Source: Gracilinanus agilis (taxonomy: Eukaryota). Taken from it: a stretch of DNA of 64,000 bases. The notes under the pieces are model-generated. The model was not told the origin of the DNA. It did not search any database and worked only from the letters and a program-made list of their open reading frames with translations. The position numbers were made by a program, and so were the translations under genes. The stretch lies in contig NC_058134.1 in assembly GCF_016433145.1 (NCBI RefSeq), positions 304,847,151-304,911,150 of the forward strand, in the 5' to 3' direction. Below, in pieces: positions 47,526-60,785 of this stretch. Each line of letters opens with the position of its first letter. The first letter of the stretch is position 1.

Positions 47526-50500
47526 ACAAACCTGAGAAGAAGGTACTCTTAGGAAAGAAGCTAACAAACGTGGCCAGGGACCCACAGTAAAAGAGTCTGA
47601 GGCCTGACTTGAACTCAGGTCTTAGGATTCTAGGTCCAGCCAGCAGCTTCAAAGGGAGACACTAATGCAGGCCATTTGGGGGAGCTGACAGACTGCATTT
47701 CCCATGAGGTCTTCAGGAAAGCTGAAGAAATGATGCACCTTTCAGGCCAGTCCAGATCAGACAACACCCCTACATTGTCCTGTCCTACTAGGTCTGAAGA
47801 ACTGTGAGAAGAGCCCACAGAATTAGCAGAACAAAGACTGCATATGTTTCCCCTGATTCTTAGTGTCTTTCTTGTTACTCAGTGAGATTGTCAAGAATCT
47901 AAATTTGGTTTCTTAAACTCAAAATGCAGTTTAAAATGCAAGTGAGTTACAGTATACATTTATTAATGTAATGAAGGTTTTTACAAAGTGCCGCTGGATT
48001 CTGCCTTGGAAAAATCTCTCTCCAACAAAGACTGACTTTAGTTCCAAATTTCCAACAGTGGCCGCCCCTCTAGAGCACCTTAGAATCAAGTTCCATCCAG
48101 GTGGCTCGTCCTCCAAAGTGGACCTCTACCTCTTCTACTCAATTCAGACAAGGTTTTCCTCAAGAAAATTCTATGAAGAGCCATGAATTAACCTCTTCTC
48201 TCTCCTTTTTCATCCACTAAGATGGAAGAGTTCAGAGCATCTCTGTCGAGGCAAGAAAGCCCAGTGGGACAGAAGGAAGCTGCCACTGCTGCCTCAGGCA
48301 CCCCAATTAGAAATCTCCAAACCAAAGAGGGAGGTTTGGCTGGAGTGATTCCGACTGCCATCCATCTAGCTCCAGGAGGAGTCATGATGAGAAGGAAAGG
48401 GTTAAAGCTGCAGCTTACTCAGCAGCAAATCCCCAACAGGCCAATCAGTCTCTAAGACCAGAGATGGTTTCAGGCAGTGCCCCCAAGAAGCTGAGGGAAG
48501 CTGAGGGGTGCATCTGAGGTACCCAAACAAACATCACCACACATTAACGCAGTGCCTGGGACCTAGTAAATGCTTAACAAATACTGACTGGTTGACGATG
48601 GGGAGAGGACTAGAGAAAATAACTTCTAAAGGGGAAATTTCTTTTCCCAAACTATCAAGGATAAACTGATACGAATAAGAAATCCTCATTCTCCACTTCT
48701 CTAGAGCCTGAGGTGGGACAGCGATGACCTTCCCAAGGACAAAGTAGACAGGGGAGCCCACAGCAAGCCCCCAGAGAGGCTCCAAGGCCTCTGTCCCAGG
48801 CAGGAGGCCTTGGTGGCTGGCAGCTCCCTCCCAGGTCGGTCAGGCCCTGCTCCTTCAGGGGCTGCACAGAGAACAAGCACCCTGGCAATACTGCAGGAAG
48901 TCAAATGTGACAGTGGCACACCGAAGTCACAAGCATGGCTGGGGACACCTCTTCGCTGCAAGCCCTGGCACTGTTCCTCCCCCAAAACTCCTCATGAGAG
49001 GCACTGCTCCTAGGGCTTGCTGAGCCTGTCCTCCTAGGTGCCTGGCAGAGCCTCTGTTCTGAGCTGCAAGGAGCCCAGGCTCCCCCTTGGTTACAGAGGC
49101 CAGCGGGGTACAGGGGGAAGAGTAGCCAATGGGGTCTAAGTATTTTCTCTTCTGGCTTTTAAAACAACCTTTTTGCTTTTGGAGTCCAAGTTTTCTGGTG
49201 TGAGCCTGGGAATAAAACTGAAATGAGCTTTTCAAACCTCCAGGCTCTAAGCAGGGTCACAGGGGAGAGACTACCCTGGGGGACATGAGGGGCTCTCATG
49301 AAGAGAAGAGTTCTCAAAGAAAGGCTCATGGAAAGCAAGGAATGGAGGCTTTTTACATGGAGAAACTTCAGCTTTTCCTTCTGCTTAAGCCCATCCCCAG
49401 AGGTTCTTATCCACCCAACAGAAGATTGTTCAAGTGCTGACCTTCTTGCCAACCAAACAAATGCAAAGGAAGAAGCCATCCAGGATCAGTACAAATGAGG
49501 CATGAGCAGGGCCCAGCCCGGCCAGAAAGGAGGCGCAGAAAAGGAGGCCTATTCTCTGGCCTCTAAAAGCCAGTCAAGCACCCACAGAGAAGTATTAGGC
49601 AGAGCCCCAGGGGGGCCTTGGGCTGATGCACGCCGATCCCTGGGCCACTCCGCAGACACCGGGGCAGCGGCAGAGGGATCGCTTCAGAGATCTGCTGGGG
49701 TCCTTCAGGCCACGTGTTACAACTCCAAAGAGAACTCTTCTTTCACGGCATCCTCAGCGTTCCAAATGTGCTACCGGTATTGATGCTTGTCATCGACTAT
49801 CCACACACACACACACAATACATGTATGCACGAGTGTAAGCATGGGCGGATACACCCAGCTCCGCTGCCAGACAGAAACGTGTGCATGTGGGCAACTAGA
49901 GCCACACACCCACACAGGGACAAGCGCCCACGCATGTGCACATCTGTGTGACACACGTATGCTTCTGCACAGCCTGTGTGTGCCTCTGTATAGCCATGGG
50001 CATGTGTACAGGCACACGCCAAGAGGCTGGCCACAGTCAGAGCCCAGAGGCAGCAGGAGCTCCCTGTCCCGGGTCCGGCAGCACCACCTGCCTCTGCTCC
50101 CTGCTCTCACACCCTTGAATCCACAGAGAAGAAGGCTTCGAATGGCTGAGATCAGCAGTCCCAGGGAAACTGAGATTCCTCCTGCCAGGTCCTGGGGACA
50201 AGACTCCAGACATTCCTTCTCCCGGCAGGCAGCTAAGACTGGATGGGCTGTGGACCCTGCAGAGGATCCCTCTGATTCTCCTAAATCAGGACATCAGAGC
50301 TCCTAGGCCAAAGTTTACCAGAATCAGGCCAACACCATCTTGCTCTGCTGTCTGATTCTTTTTACATTTTCCTACAACCTCTGATCTAAGACAAGGAATG
50401 GAGAAAACCTAGCAGTCCCCATATGCACGACACAAATTAGGAAAACAGGGGAAAGGAGAGAGAAAGCCAACCCTGGTTGGGGGGGGCAAGGAAGAAAAAG

Positions 50501-50886
50501 CATCTTTGCCAAGTCCTTTGCTTCTACCTCCTGAAATGTTCACTTAAGATTTACCCAGGGTTTATGCTTCCTTTGCTCACCTGTTAAGATTATAATCAAT
50601 TTTTTTAAATTAGTCATTTACATGTAGGTTTTGTAAACATAATTTTTCCAACACCAAATATAATGTACATACAAACTTAATTTCTAAAAGCAAAGACATC
50701 TTCACAGGAAGCCTTTTGATCAGAATTCTAGTTCTGAGAACATTTCTGACAAAATGTCTCAATAATTAATGATCAAAATGTATTCTGCATCAAGATATGG
50801 GCCTTCCTCCTAGAACAATACACACAGTGGATAGATAAACAAGCCCCCAAACCCATGTTAGTTCTGGCCGGTTCTGCTCTCCTTAC

Positions 50887-51147
50887 CTTCCTCTTCTGCT
50901 TCCTGTTCTAATGGCGCCCCTTCCTCTTCAAAGCTCCCAATACCTGACTCCAGTGGAGGGGGTTGGCTGTTTGGCTGACTTAGCTTGTTTCGAATAACAG
51001 CGATTTCTTTTTTTAACAACTTTGCTCGTTTACTTCTTGACCCACTGGATTTCATTGAGCACGTCAGATCCAGTTTGTCCAATAACTCTTTTAGTTGTTC
51101 TTCCAAGGACATGTGTGCTCGGTTAGCTGGATTTAGTAACCGATCCA
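50887..51147 (-). CDS. BRD1: BRD1 coding exon (approx. exon 6)
   Basis: ttttag|TG GAT...GAA G|gtaagg; 261 nt, phase 1/1; DRLLNPANRAHMSLEEQLKELLDKLDLTCSMKSSGSRSKRAKLLKKEI... Confidence 0.97.
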
Positions 51148-51308
51148 CTAAAAAAAAAAAAAAAAGGAGGTTGAGGGTATTTTATTAACCATTTGTATAA
51201 CAGTATTATATGTAAATAAGCACAAGAAATAACCCCTCCCCTCCCAAACTGTTTTCCTACGCCTGTCTTTGTACCAAAGTAGTTCTAATATTCAAAAAGA
51301 AATGGTCA

Positions 51309-51500
51309 GGACAGCTGGGTGGCTCAGGGGGCAGTCAGGCCTCAAGACAGGAGGTTCTGGGTTTAAATGTGACCTTGACACTTCCTAGCCATGTGACCCT
51401 GGCCAAGTCACTCTACCCCCATTGCCTAGCCCTCATGCTCTTCTGCTTTGGAATCGATACTTAGTATTACTTCTAAGACAAAAGGTAAGGGGTTTTTCGT
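51309..51500 (+). mobile_element. Didelphid SINE
   Basis: ggacagctgggtggctcagg head; gtgaccctggccaagtcac core; gacaaaaggtaaggggttt tail. Confidence 0.85.
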
Positions 51501-51597
51501 TTTGTTTTTTTACAAGGAGGCCATGTAGCCAAAGCTACTATAGGTCAATGTATCAGCTACAAAGTCACACATATTATACCATAATGACACACTGTGT

Positions 51598-51600
<3 letters not shown>

Positions 51601-51640
<40 letters not shown>

Positions 51641-51656
51641 GAGAGTGTGTGTGAGT
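51601..51656 (+). repeat. (GA)n then (GT)n compound microsatellite
   Basis: Direct read. Confidence 0.95.
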
Positions 51657-54600
51657 GTCAGTCTGCCCTCTAAGAACAGTAGTCGATGCTGTTAAAACAC
51701 TGTAGTGTCTGGCACACGAGCCAACACAGATAAGATACAACTCGTTAAAGGCTCAGCTCCATTTTTCTCCCTCTAAGGACTTGGGAAAATAAAGCTCCAG
51801 AACATATTACAAGCTATGGGCAAAAGCCCAAATAGAGTTGCCAGCAAAGAGAGGTCTGCACATAAAAGAAAGAGATTAATTAGGGTCCAGTCTACAAATC
51901 AAATGTGAAAAATCACGCTCTGCTGGCCAATCCTCCAGCCTTAAACAGGGAGCACAGGGTGCGCAAACAGGAAAGCCAGGCCTATTGTCTCATCATACAC
52001 TCCAGAACCACATATCTAAACACACAGGGGACCATGTGTTGTTCATGGATCATGATTCACAGGATGTGAAAGCAACAAGCTGGCTCCAGTCGGTCCTCAC
52101 AGCTTTCCAACGGCTCTAAGAATAAAAACAAATTTTCTACTCATCTTGAGAAAAGAAACGCCATTAACCTTCCTCAACTATTTAGCACTCAGTGAAATGA
52201 AGTCAAATGCGATGGAGGTGGGAGAGGATGCAGACAAGGATCCATCGCCCAAGCTGTCATCAGGGAGGACGTGTCGAGGCCACGGGGAGGAAGGAGCGAG
52301 ACTTCATTCCAAGTGACTGAGATGAGGGAGCAAAGCCAGGCAATACTCGCTTTGGGCACTTCCACCAGCCCGTCTTTTCCAACCGATAGACAAGATTATA
52401 TTTATCCAAACAGTTTGAGGAGAATATTTATTTGTTTTTCTCCTCGGCTTGTCTTCTCCTCCTACAAAACACGTGGGTTTCAGAAAGTCGAGGAGAAAAG
52501 CCACTTTTGACGTTGCCTCTGCAAAGTCCTCCTAGCAGCCTCATTCTGTTCTCGGAGGCACGAGATGCAGTCAGGGCCTTCCCTGCTGTAGCCCAAATAG
52601 CCCCACATTCAACTCCAGTGACAACGGGGCTTCTCCAGGAACTAACACCTAAGCTAGGGTGGCCGAGAGGTCTTGCCCGAGAGGTTCCCCGAGGTCAGCA
52701 GATCTGGCTGGTATCCTGAATGTGGTCGGTATTTTGTATTTGCTTAAAACATGAATGAAGTATTTACTGTCAGTGAAATGAAGAGAGCACAGTCTAAGCT
52801 GTAAGCTGGCTAGGTACGGAGTCACTTGGAAATACCATTCACCCCAGAGGGGCCGAGAAGGCACAAAGAGAATAGGGAGGTGGGTGCTGACCATAAGTGA
52901 GCCTAGGAAAAACCCCAGGAGTGGGAGTTCCAGAGCATAAAACTTGGCATCCATTTTCACAGCAGCCCAGGGCCAGGCTGCCTGGAGAGCCCCGACTGAG
53001 GACAAGAATCCAAGAGGAGGAGGAAGTGTGATCCCCTAACCTCCAGGGTAGGAGCCAGAGGTGTCCTGATCTCACTATCTCCTTGTGGGATGCCCCCAAC
53101 AGAGCATATCTGGCAGTGATCTTTCTGCTACCCCTAATGAGCCCAAACCAGCCAGGCCAGCCCAGCCCAGCCCAGCCCAGGAGGAGGGCACGTCCAGGCA
53201 GGTACTGGCTGACAAAGCTCTCTCCCAGGGCGGGGGCAGGATGTACCTATGTGGGTGGACCTCAGATCATTTTCGAAGCACCCTCGCGCAATCACCTGTT
53301 TCCAGGGCAAAGCAAGACAAGTGGACTTACTCTTCCACATAAGACAGCTCTCCCAGCAATGGGAGTCAGTCACCCCCTAAGTCCCACCCAACCAGAAGGT
53401 CATGCTCCCAAGTGCCAGATCCGAGGCAGGCTTGGCTTCAGCCGCTTGGGGCAGCCATCTCCCTGCACCAAAATGCTCCCTTCTCTTTCCAAGCACACCT
53501 CCTCCATCCTCATCCTCTCAAGGGCTTACCTTTCGGTTACTGTCCTGTTAGGTCCCACCCAGGATTCTAAGCTCTAGACCTCACTCTGCACTCTTCACTG
53601 TCATCAGCCAGACCATCGACGCCGATGCCAAGTTCAGAGATGCCACTAAGAAGACTGTCGCCCAACCCTCCAGGACTGCCCTGGGGGAGCATACCCAGCC
53701 CATACCTCTCCTCTTGTCCAGCAGGACAGCACGACAGACTTCTGGCAACAGCCCAGGGACCATCCATCTGCGGGCTGCCCACTGGCTTGGGATCATTCTT
53801 CCTCCAATGCCTGCCTACCTGACCTAAAAAAGAAGCCTTTCCCATTTCTCCCAGCAACTGCATGCAGTCTAAGTTCCCCGGCTCCAATTCTTCTTTCTTC
53901 CTCACCTATCACACCCAGCAGTCCTTTGGTGTGGGGCTTGGGGAGCAAAGGCTCAGGAATCTGGCCTCAGATGCTTAGTAGCTAAGTCATTTCACCTCTC
54001 CTTGCCCAAGTCTCCTGAGAGCGCCTCCCTCCTGGGGTGGCTATGCAGACCTGAGGAGAGAGTGGCTAGGAAGTACCGGCGCCTCCAAAGAGCTCCATGC
54101 ATGGCAGCTGCTGCTGCTGCGATTGTTCTGCCTCCGCTCTTCATCATTTCGATGCTGCCCGTGTCAGAGAAGAGCACGATTCCTCTCAGGTCATCACCAA
54201 GCCAAGAAGTCACTCTCACCTCCTCTTGGAGCATCCCTTTGCTCTGCGCCCAGCTCAGGCTGGCGCCCCAGGTCACCCACAAACATCTTTTTAAGACCTC
54301 TTTGGGCAGACGAATGGCCCTGGGGAAGGCTTAAAGCCACTCCCTGTGTTTCTTCTTTTTTCTCAGAATTGTTTCCCTGCTCCATCTTCAAAGAGAGCAT
54401 TGCATCCCTCTGAACTGTAAAAGATCCAGCCTCAGACTCTCGTCTCTGTACCCAAGGAAATGAGCTCTCAAAGCTAGAGAGCCCGCCAGGGTCTGCTCAG
54501 ATGGCCTCTCCTTTATCCCATGACCCCACACCCCACACACTTCCTCTGCCCCAAGAGCCAGTCCTTTCTAGGGAACCAGAATCAGGTACAGACATTCATT

Positions 54601-55289
54601 GGCCTTCACCTTGGGAGGCTATAGGGAGAAGACAACAGTGAAAAAGCTGCAATACTCCTAAATTTAAAACCTAAACTCCTAAATTTTAACTCATGGCACT
54701 CAGTTTCCTTAATTGTCAAAAGAGAGGTCAGACAAAGTGGCTGCAAAGGTCCCTATGAGGGATAAATGGAACCACTGACATTCTTCTGTCTTTGTTGTTT
54801 TCTAGTCTGGCAGTGGGTGAAGAGCTCCAACAAATGCCAGGCTGAGGAAGGTTTCCAATCACAGCTCCATGCTGGGCTTGAGATCTGATCATCTGTCCTT
54901 GTCAAGAGCCACAGAAACTCTCTTGAAGACCCACTGTCTCCCCCCCCACCCTCCCAAGAGCCCTCAACCACACTTCTTCCCCTCCCACCTCCTGCTCCTC
55001 AATTTCTACACAGGAACATTCATCTCTTGAACATACCCTTTTGGACTATGGTCTCTCCTTGCAGATCCAAATTGCAGTCCCAAGTCCCATCCCATCATGT
55101 CCCCAATACCAAGGGGGCCCAACTGGCAGTATGTGAAAGCCTAGCAGGCATGTCCTTGGCATCCATGCCCTGGGGGACACCAAGGATATGAGTTTTCTTG
55201 CTGATTCCTTTCCTGGATTTTTAGTTCCTCTAAGTTTATCTGAAGGCTTTCTCGAATTCTTCTTACACTGATGCTTTCTCTCTCTCTCT

Positions 55290-55488
55290 TTTTTTTAAAC
55301 CCTTACCTTCCGCCTTGGAGTCCATACTGTGTATTGGCTCCAAGGCAGAAGAGTGGTAAGGGTAGGCCATGGGGGTCAAGTGACTTTTCCAGGATCACAC
55401 AGCTGGGAAGTGTCTGAGGTCACATTAGAACCCAGGACCTCCCGTCTCTAGGCCTAGCTCTCCATCCACTGAGCTTCTCAGCTGCCCC
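55290..55488 (-). mobile_element. Didelphid SINE, minus orientation
   Basis: ttttttaaacccttaccttccgccttggag...cagctgcccc; perfect 14-bp TSD ctgatgctttctct (55268-55281 / 55489-55502). Confidence 0.93.
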
Positions 55489-55624
55489 CTGATGCTTTCT
55501 CTTTAAGATATGGAGTTTAGAATAAGTAGTAAGTATTCTCCCCATCTGTTCCTTTTCACTGAAATGTCTCCTAGTTAAGAGTTCTACATGTCAAAGACTG
55601 GTTTGGATTAAGATAGCCCTACCA

Positions 55625-55834
55625 GGGCAGCTGGGTAGCTCAGTGGATTGAGAGCCAGGTCTAGAGACAGGAGGTCCTAGGTTCAAATCCGGCCTCAGAC
55701 ACTTCCCAGCTGTGTGACCCTGGGCAAGTCACTTGACCCCCATTGCCTACCCTTACCAATCTTCCACCTATAAGTCAATACACAGAAGTTAAGGGTTTAA
55801 AAAATTAAAAAAAAGAAAAGAAAAAAAAAAAAAA
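55625..55834 (+). mobile_element. Young didelphid SINE (ccacctat-tail subfamily)
   Basis: Full head, long A tail; perfect 15-bp TSD aagatagccctacca (55610-55624 / 55835-55849). Confidence 0.95.
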
Positions 55835-56051
55835 AAGATAGCCCTACCACATCCCCTCTCTCGGGTAAATCAAAGCACCTACATCCTCCTCAGAAACTCA
55901 TATTTCTCCTTTAGTTTGCTGAAATGGCATGAGGAACTCAACCTCATGCACAATCAAGTAACCATCCCCTAAGTCAGCTACAGCCTGGACAAAGAACCAC
56001 ACAATCAGATGTATGGGCCAAAATAAACCTCCAATTAAAATGGTGGTGGTG

Positions 56052-56292
56052 GTCATTTAATCATTGCAGTCATATCCAATTTGTAATCCCATTTCTTGGC
56101 AAAGATACGGGAACAGTTTGCCATTTCCTTCTCCAACTCATTTTACAGATCGGGAAACTGAGGCAAATAGGGCTAAGTGACATGCCCAGGGTCACACAGC
56201 TAGGAAGCATCTGAAGCAAGATTTGAACTCAGAAAGATGAGTCTTCCTGACTCCAAGCCTGGTACTCTAGGCACTGTTCAACCTACCTGCCC
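56052..56292 (-). mobile_element. MAR1 marsupial SINE
   Basis: tttcttggcaaagatacgggaacagtttgccatttccttctccaactcattttacagat signature. Confidence 0.85.
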
Positions 56293-57045
56293 AATGAAAA
56301 GGGATTATATCTTAAAACATTTAAAAAATAAAAATTTAAAAAAGCAAAAGGGAAAGTATCCTATATGCATGGAATATAAATTAATTTGAACCCTGAAAGT
56401 CCAAATTAATATGTCCAGAGAGCCCAATTCAGCCCAACCCACATTTCATCAGGAATGCCCATTCTGATGATCCCTCATGGCTGTTCAGTCCCCGCTTAAA
56501 GACCTCCAACCACAAGAGCCACAGCTTAGCAAAGCAGTCTTGTGCATTATTGGGAGGCTGGGGGGGAGAGACACTGCTTCTCTGCAACTTCCACACTGTT
56601 CTTCCTTCTGTTCTCTCTGGGTGAGCCAAACAAGTCTAAACCAGGTTTCCAAGGCCAGTCATTCAAATATCCAAGGCAGCAGCAATCACATCGTCCCTCA
56701 CCCTTTAGTATTCACTTCTGTTCTCTCTCTCTTTCAGCCAAAATATTTCTAATTTCTTTAAACAACCTTCGCATAGCTTGTTTTCAAATCCCTCCACTGA
56801 GTTACACTTGTCCAAATCCTTTCTAAAGCCAAATGCTCCTGCCCACCATGCTCCAGGGAAGGGAAACAGGGCCACCCCTTTGCTCGTCCAGGACACAAGG
56901 CAGAGATCGCCAATGGCACTCTGGGGCGTCCATCATGAAATCTGCTGCATCTACTGAAGCCAGGCCCGGGCCCCTTCCTCTCACTACTACAAGCCTATCA
57001 AGTTTATGAGCTTGAAAAAACATTCAACCTGACACAAATTCTTAC

Positions 57046-57358
57046 CATCTTCCCAAGAAAAAGGCCGAGGAGGCTCCAGCTGTGGCCTTTCAGGTAAGTG
57101 CATTCCTGTTTCATAATCGAAACCAACCCCTTCAGCATCCCGCCGCGTCTGCCTCAGGACAAGCCCACCCTGGTCTCTCAGCCGCACGGCTGCTCTATAA
57201 AATATGGTATCCTTGGCATTGTACTTCATACAATTATCTATTATGAGATGAAAGTCTTCTTCAAATTCCTTGAGGTCTCTGTATCCTTGAGCATCAAGAC
57301 GTTTCCTCATTGTGGCAAAGTCCATAGGATGTTTAATGTGATCCAAATAATCTGGAAC
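57046..57358 (-). CDS. BRD1: BRD1 coding exon (approx. exon 5; bromodomain core)
   Basis: ccag|GTT...GAT G|gtaaga; 313 nt (104 codons+1); [22 protein letters not shown]...[24 protein letters not shown]...PFSWED; the [15 protein letters not shown] and RDQGG motifs fit BRD1 rather than BRPF1/BRPF3. Confidence 0.98.
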
Positions 57359-57550
57359 CTGGAGTAGAGATTTAGAAAGAGAAACAAAGAAAATCAACTA
57401 AAACAAAAAACAAGGAGAAAGCAACATATAGGTTTTCCCTATCATTAAACCTCAAGTCAGTCACAGAATCAAGCAAAAAAATTAAATTTAAAGCTAAATG
57501 TATTGTCCAAGAGGCAGAAACTAAAAAACATTAATTTTTTAGGGTACATA

Positions 57551-57960
57551 TGAATTTAAGGAATAAATCGCTCTCCAAAACAGCTTTAATAATAAGCCCC
57601 TCCGAGAACAAAAGGGCAGAAACACCTCACAAGAAGGACCAACCAAAAATGAAAGTTTGGTTGGAATGTTTCAAAGCAGCCCATCCCCAGCAACTTTAAC
57701 CTATCCTCTGTGTAATTAGACTCTGCTCCCCAAGACTCAAAATCCCAGCTTCCCCTGCTCTTTCTCATGTTACGTCCTTACGTTTTGGAGATAAAGTTTG
57801 TGGGTGACCCCGCCCCTCGCTCTCGAAAGCGGCTGGGAAAACTTTTCTTTATTCAGGTTTCTGCTTTTGTTCCTTTTATTTCTTCTACTTCAAGTTATTA
57901 TTAATAAATCTTATAAAATAAAATACTTGGAGTTATTGGACATTCATTTTAAATCTTGCA
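57551..57960 (+). mobile_element. Probable solo LTR fragment
   Basis: LTR-like 3' end (attaataaatcttataaaataaaatacttggagttattggacattcattttaaatcttgca); no TSD found. Confidence 0.45.
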
Positions 57961-58151
57961 CCTCATATAATGGAAAATCAGCAGGCAATTAAGTACTTAT
58001 GCTTTTGAGCTTTTTAATTGAAAGGATATGAAAAAGAATTTAGAATTAAGACTGAAATCCTATCAACTGTGGCCATTGGCCAGCACCATTTCATGACAGG
58101 ATTATACCGGATGATGGGACAACAGAACAGGGAAGACAGGCAGGTACCCAC

Positions 58152-58280
58152 CTCTTTCAGATTCACTGGCTGAGCAAAGATGCGGGCAGGGTCTTTCTCT
58201 TGCAACTGGTCCAGGACTGATCGTAAAAGAACCGTGAACGGCGTCAGCTGCAGCTCCAAGGCGACTTGTTCCACTTTCAC
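58152..58280 (-). CDS. BRD1: BRD1 coding exon (approx. exon 4; start of bromodomain)
   Basis: tgtag|GTG...GAG|gtgggt; 129 nt; [43 protein letters not shown]. Confidence 0.97.
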
Positions 58281-58547
58281 CTACAGGAGCAGAGGAGGGT
58301 CAAGAACAGAGACAGACCAGCCAGGCAAGCATGTAACAGCGAGCAGCAAGGCTCCTCTCTGGTGGGCCCCAGAATCTTCTCGCAGAGAGTTTATATCTGA
58401 TGGCTGAGGAATCTGTGCACATGCCTGTGGGTCAGTTTGCCCTCCCCCAAACCGATCAGGGAGGATGCTCCACAAGGCACCGGAAGCCCCTGAATCATCA
58501 TTCTGGCTGTAGATCTCAGGATTCCCGGAAAAACTACCTTCCCTCAC

Positions 58548-58679
58548 CTGTTCTCGCTTCAATTTTTCTCGTTTCCGGATAAGCTCAACCAGCAGCCTCG
58601 CTCTCTCCAGATCATGCCGTAGCCTTTGCCAATACTTTAACTTCTCTTTCAAAGCTTGGATTTCTTCATCGTCTTCTCT
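58548..58679 (-). CDS. BRD1: BRD1 coding exon (approx. exon 3; coiled-coil region before the bromodomain)
   Basis: ctttag|AGA...CAG|gtgagg; 132 nt, phase 0/0; [44 protein letters not shown] matches recalled BRD1 sequence. Confidence 0.97.
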
Positions 58680-59706
58680 CTAAAGAAGTAAATGAAAAGT
58701 TTTTAATAGAAAACATAAAGCAGTCCACCCCAAAATGCCACTCATCAAGTCCTCAGCTCTACTTCCTAAAGCAGCTACTGATGTAAAGGCCACAGTGTCA
58801 GAGTCACCAATGGAATCCTGGCATCTGGTCTGACTTCTCAGCATCTTTCACAAGAACTTTCCTAGGTTGTGTAGACTCTTTGACTGCACCTCTGGTGAAC
58901 GAGTAAGAATGAGCCAAGAGCCTCGAGTTGGGGAGCAACATGTCCCACCTTCATCAGCTCCTTCACAAAGGCAATTCTCATGAAGGAACTTCAAAAAATC
59001 CTAAAGTTTTGTCAAAACCTGCTCTTCCAAAGCCTCCTGCCCCACGTGCTCTGGCCTGCTGACTGTCCAGATCAACATGACAATACATGGGAGGTGGGCT
59101 GGTAATGCCACTTTAAAAGCTAGCACTGGTGTGCTCCAGAGAGGCCTTTCAATCTGTTCTCTTCCTCTCCTCTCTTTCCTTACAGATGTCCATAAAAAGC
59201 TCTTTCTGAAGATACAGAATAAACCAAAATCCATTCCATAAGGAGATTTACATTTCCACTTTATTGCCTAATTCTGATACCGATTGATGGTCAGTTCTGG
59301 TTTTTCCTCCCCCTACACTCTCGTTCTCCCTCTTCCTGCCAAAGTTGGTATAAGACCTTTCAAATACCCACATACACCTTTTCCAAGGTGGCCCCACAAA
59401 GGCAGAAGCAGTCCCTGGCAGCAGGTCTGGAAGAGTGAGCTTCAGCACTCGATTCAAAAGCAGCAGCGACATTGATTCCCTGTGTGACCCTTGTTGAGGC
59501 CCAACAACCTATCCTGGACCCAAAGCTTCCCTGGACTCCGAGGCAAAGGCCACCCACCTCCCCCATAGTCACAGGCAAAGAAAAGGAGGCTTCTTCAAAA
59601 TTACGAGGAAAGTCTATTGGAGGCAGAGAAAGCAGAAGACAGATCATTCGGAAGCACATAAGGAAATGAGCCGGAGGTGATGCCAAGTGAAATAAATAAG
59701 GTGCTA

Positions 59707-59748
<42 letters not shown>

Positions 59749-59767
59749 ACACTCACACACACTCACC
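59707..59767 (+). repeat. (CA)n microsatellite with CTCA interruptions
   Basis: Direct read. Confidence 0.95.
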
Positions 59768-59899
59768 CAACTGGGCCCATTTAAAAAGAAAACTCAAGAA
59801 TGAGGCAACTATGAAAGATAGGCTTCTGCCTAGACAACCTTAATGCACCTGAAGAAGAAGGAAGCAGTCAAATATGAGGGGGGGGGGTGAGGGGAAAGA

Positions 59900-60785
59900 C
59901 ACCTTTTTATCATACTTCTCTGACCATCCCAGCTATATCATCAACATGGCAAAATAAATATATGAGACTACCAACCATTCTCTAATAGAGCAAGTGGTCA
60001 AAGGATATAAACAAATGGTTTTCGAAAGAAGAATTGCAAACAATTCACCATCACATGAAAAAATGCTCCAAATCCCCAAAACTAAAGAGATGAGCAAATC
60101 AAAACCACCCTGAGGTTTGCCTCATACCCTGCAAACTGGAAAAAAATGACCAAAAAATGGAAATAGTCAATGTTGGGGAATTGTAGAAGGATAATAGGCC
60201 TACTGATACATTATCAGTGGAGCTATAAAATGGTACAACCATTTTGGAAATCGACTTGGAATTATGCAAATAAACCAGAGACTCCCATACTGGGCTTATA
60301 AGAGGGAATCCATCAATAAGAAAAAAAAAGTTTCCACATACTCCAAAACATTTAGAGCGACACTTTTGGTTAGAGAAAAGAACTGGAAACAAAGTAGCTG
60401 CCCCTCAGCCGGGGTCCATGGAATGTGACAGACCACTACCCTGCACTAGGAGAAAAAATGTGGGTGGTGGAGACACAAAAGTACGGTTAGAACTACATGA
60501 AGGGATGCAGAGAGAAGTGAGCGGTCACGAAAGCCCTCCACACACCAGAAAACCAGAAGGGAGTGGAATGAAATGATGAAGACAACCCCAACAACCCATC
60601 TTTCAGTAGAGAAAGATGGGAGGCCCACAGGGAAGGGGCAGGGCTGCTGCCTTCTTTTCCTCTCCAAAATATACACTTTGTCCTATGAGATGGCACTCTG
60701 GGAAGGGATGCAAAAGGATAGATGGGACATTACAGAGTGATGTAAGAAACTAAAGATATAATAAAAAACATTTTTTAGAAAAAAA
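59900..60785 (+). mobile_element. Old L1 ORF2 C-terminus and 3' UTR
   Basis: cacatgaaaaaatgctccaaatcc...atcaaaaccaccctgaggtttgcctcatacc...tggtacaaccattttggaa: typical L1 ORF2 end. Confidence 0.85.

Noticed and set aside
49626-50306. 226-aa plus-strand ORF rich in His/Thr/Cys
   Set aside because: Arises from degenerate (CA)/(TG) low-complexity sequence; not a gene.
53150-53182. (CCCAG)n pentamer run resembling switch repeats
   Set aside because: Only about 5 units; an ordinary short tandem repeat.
54150-54215. C/D-box-like motifs (TGATGA, CTGA) on the sense strand
   Set aside because: Spacing is too short and there is no terminal stem, so no snoRNA call is supported.
15523-58679. Calling the gene BRPF3 or BRPF1
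   Set aside because: Diagnostic peptides ([40 protein letters not shown]-terminal SDID) match BRD1/BRPF2.
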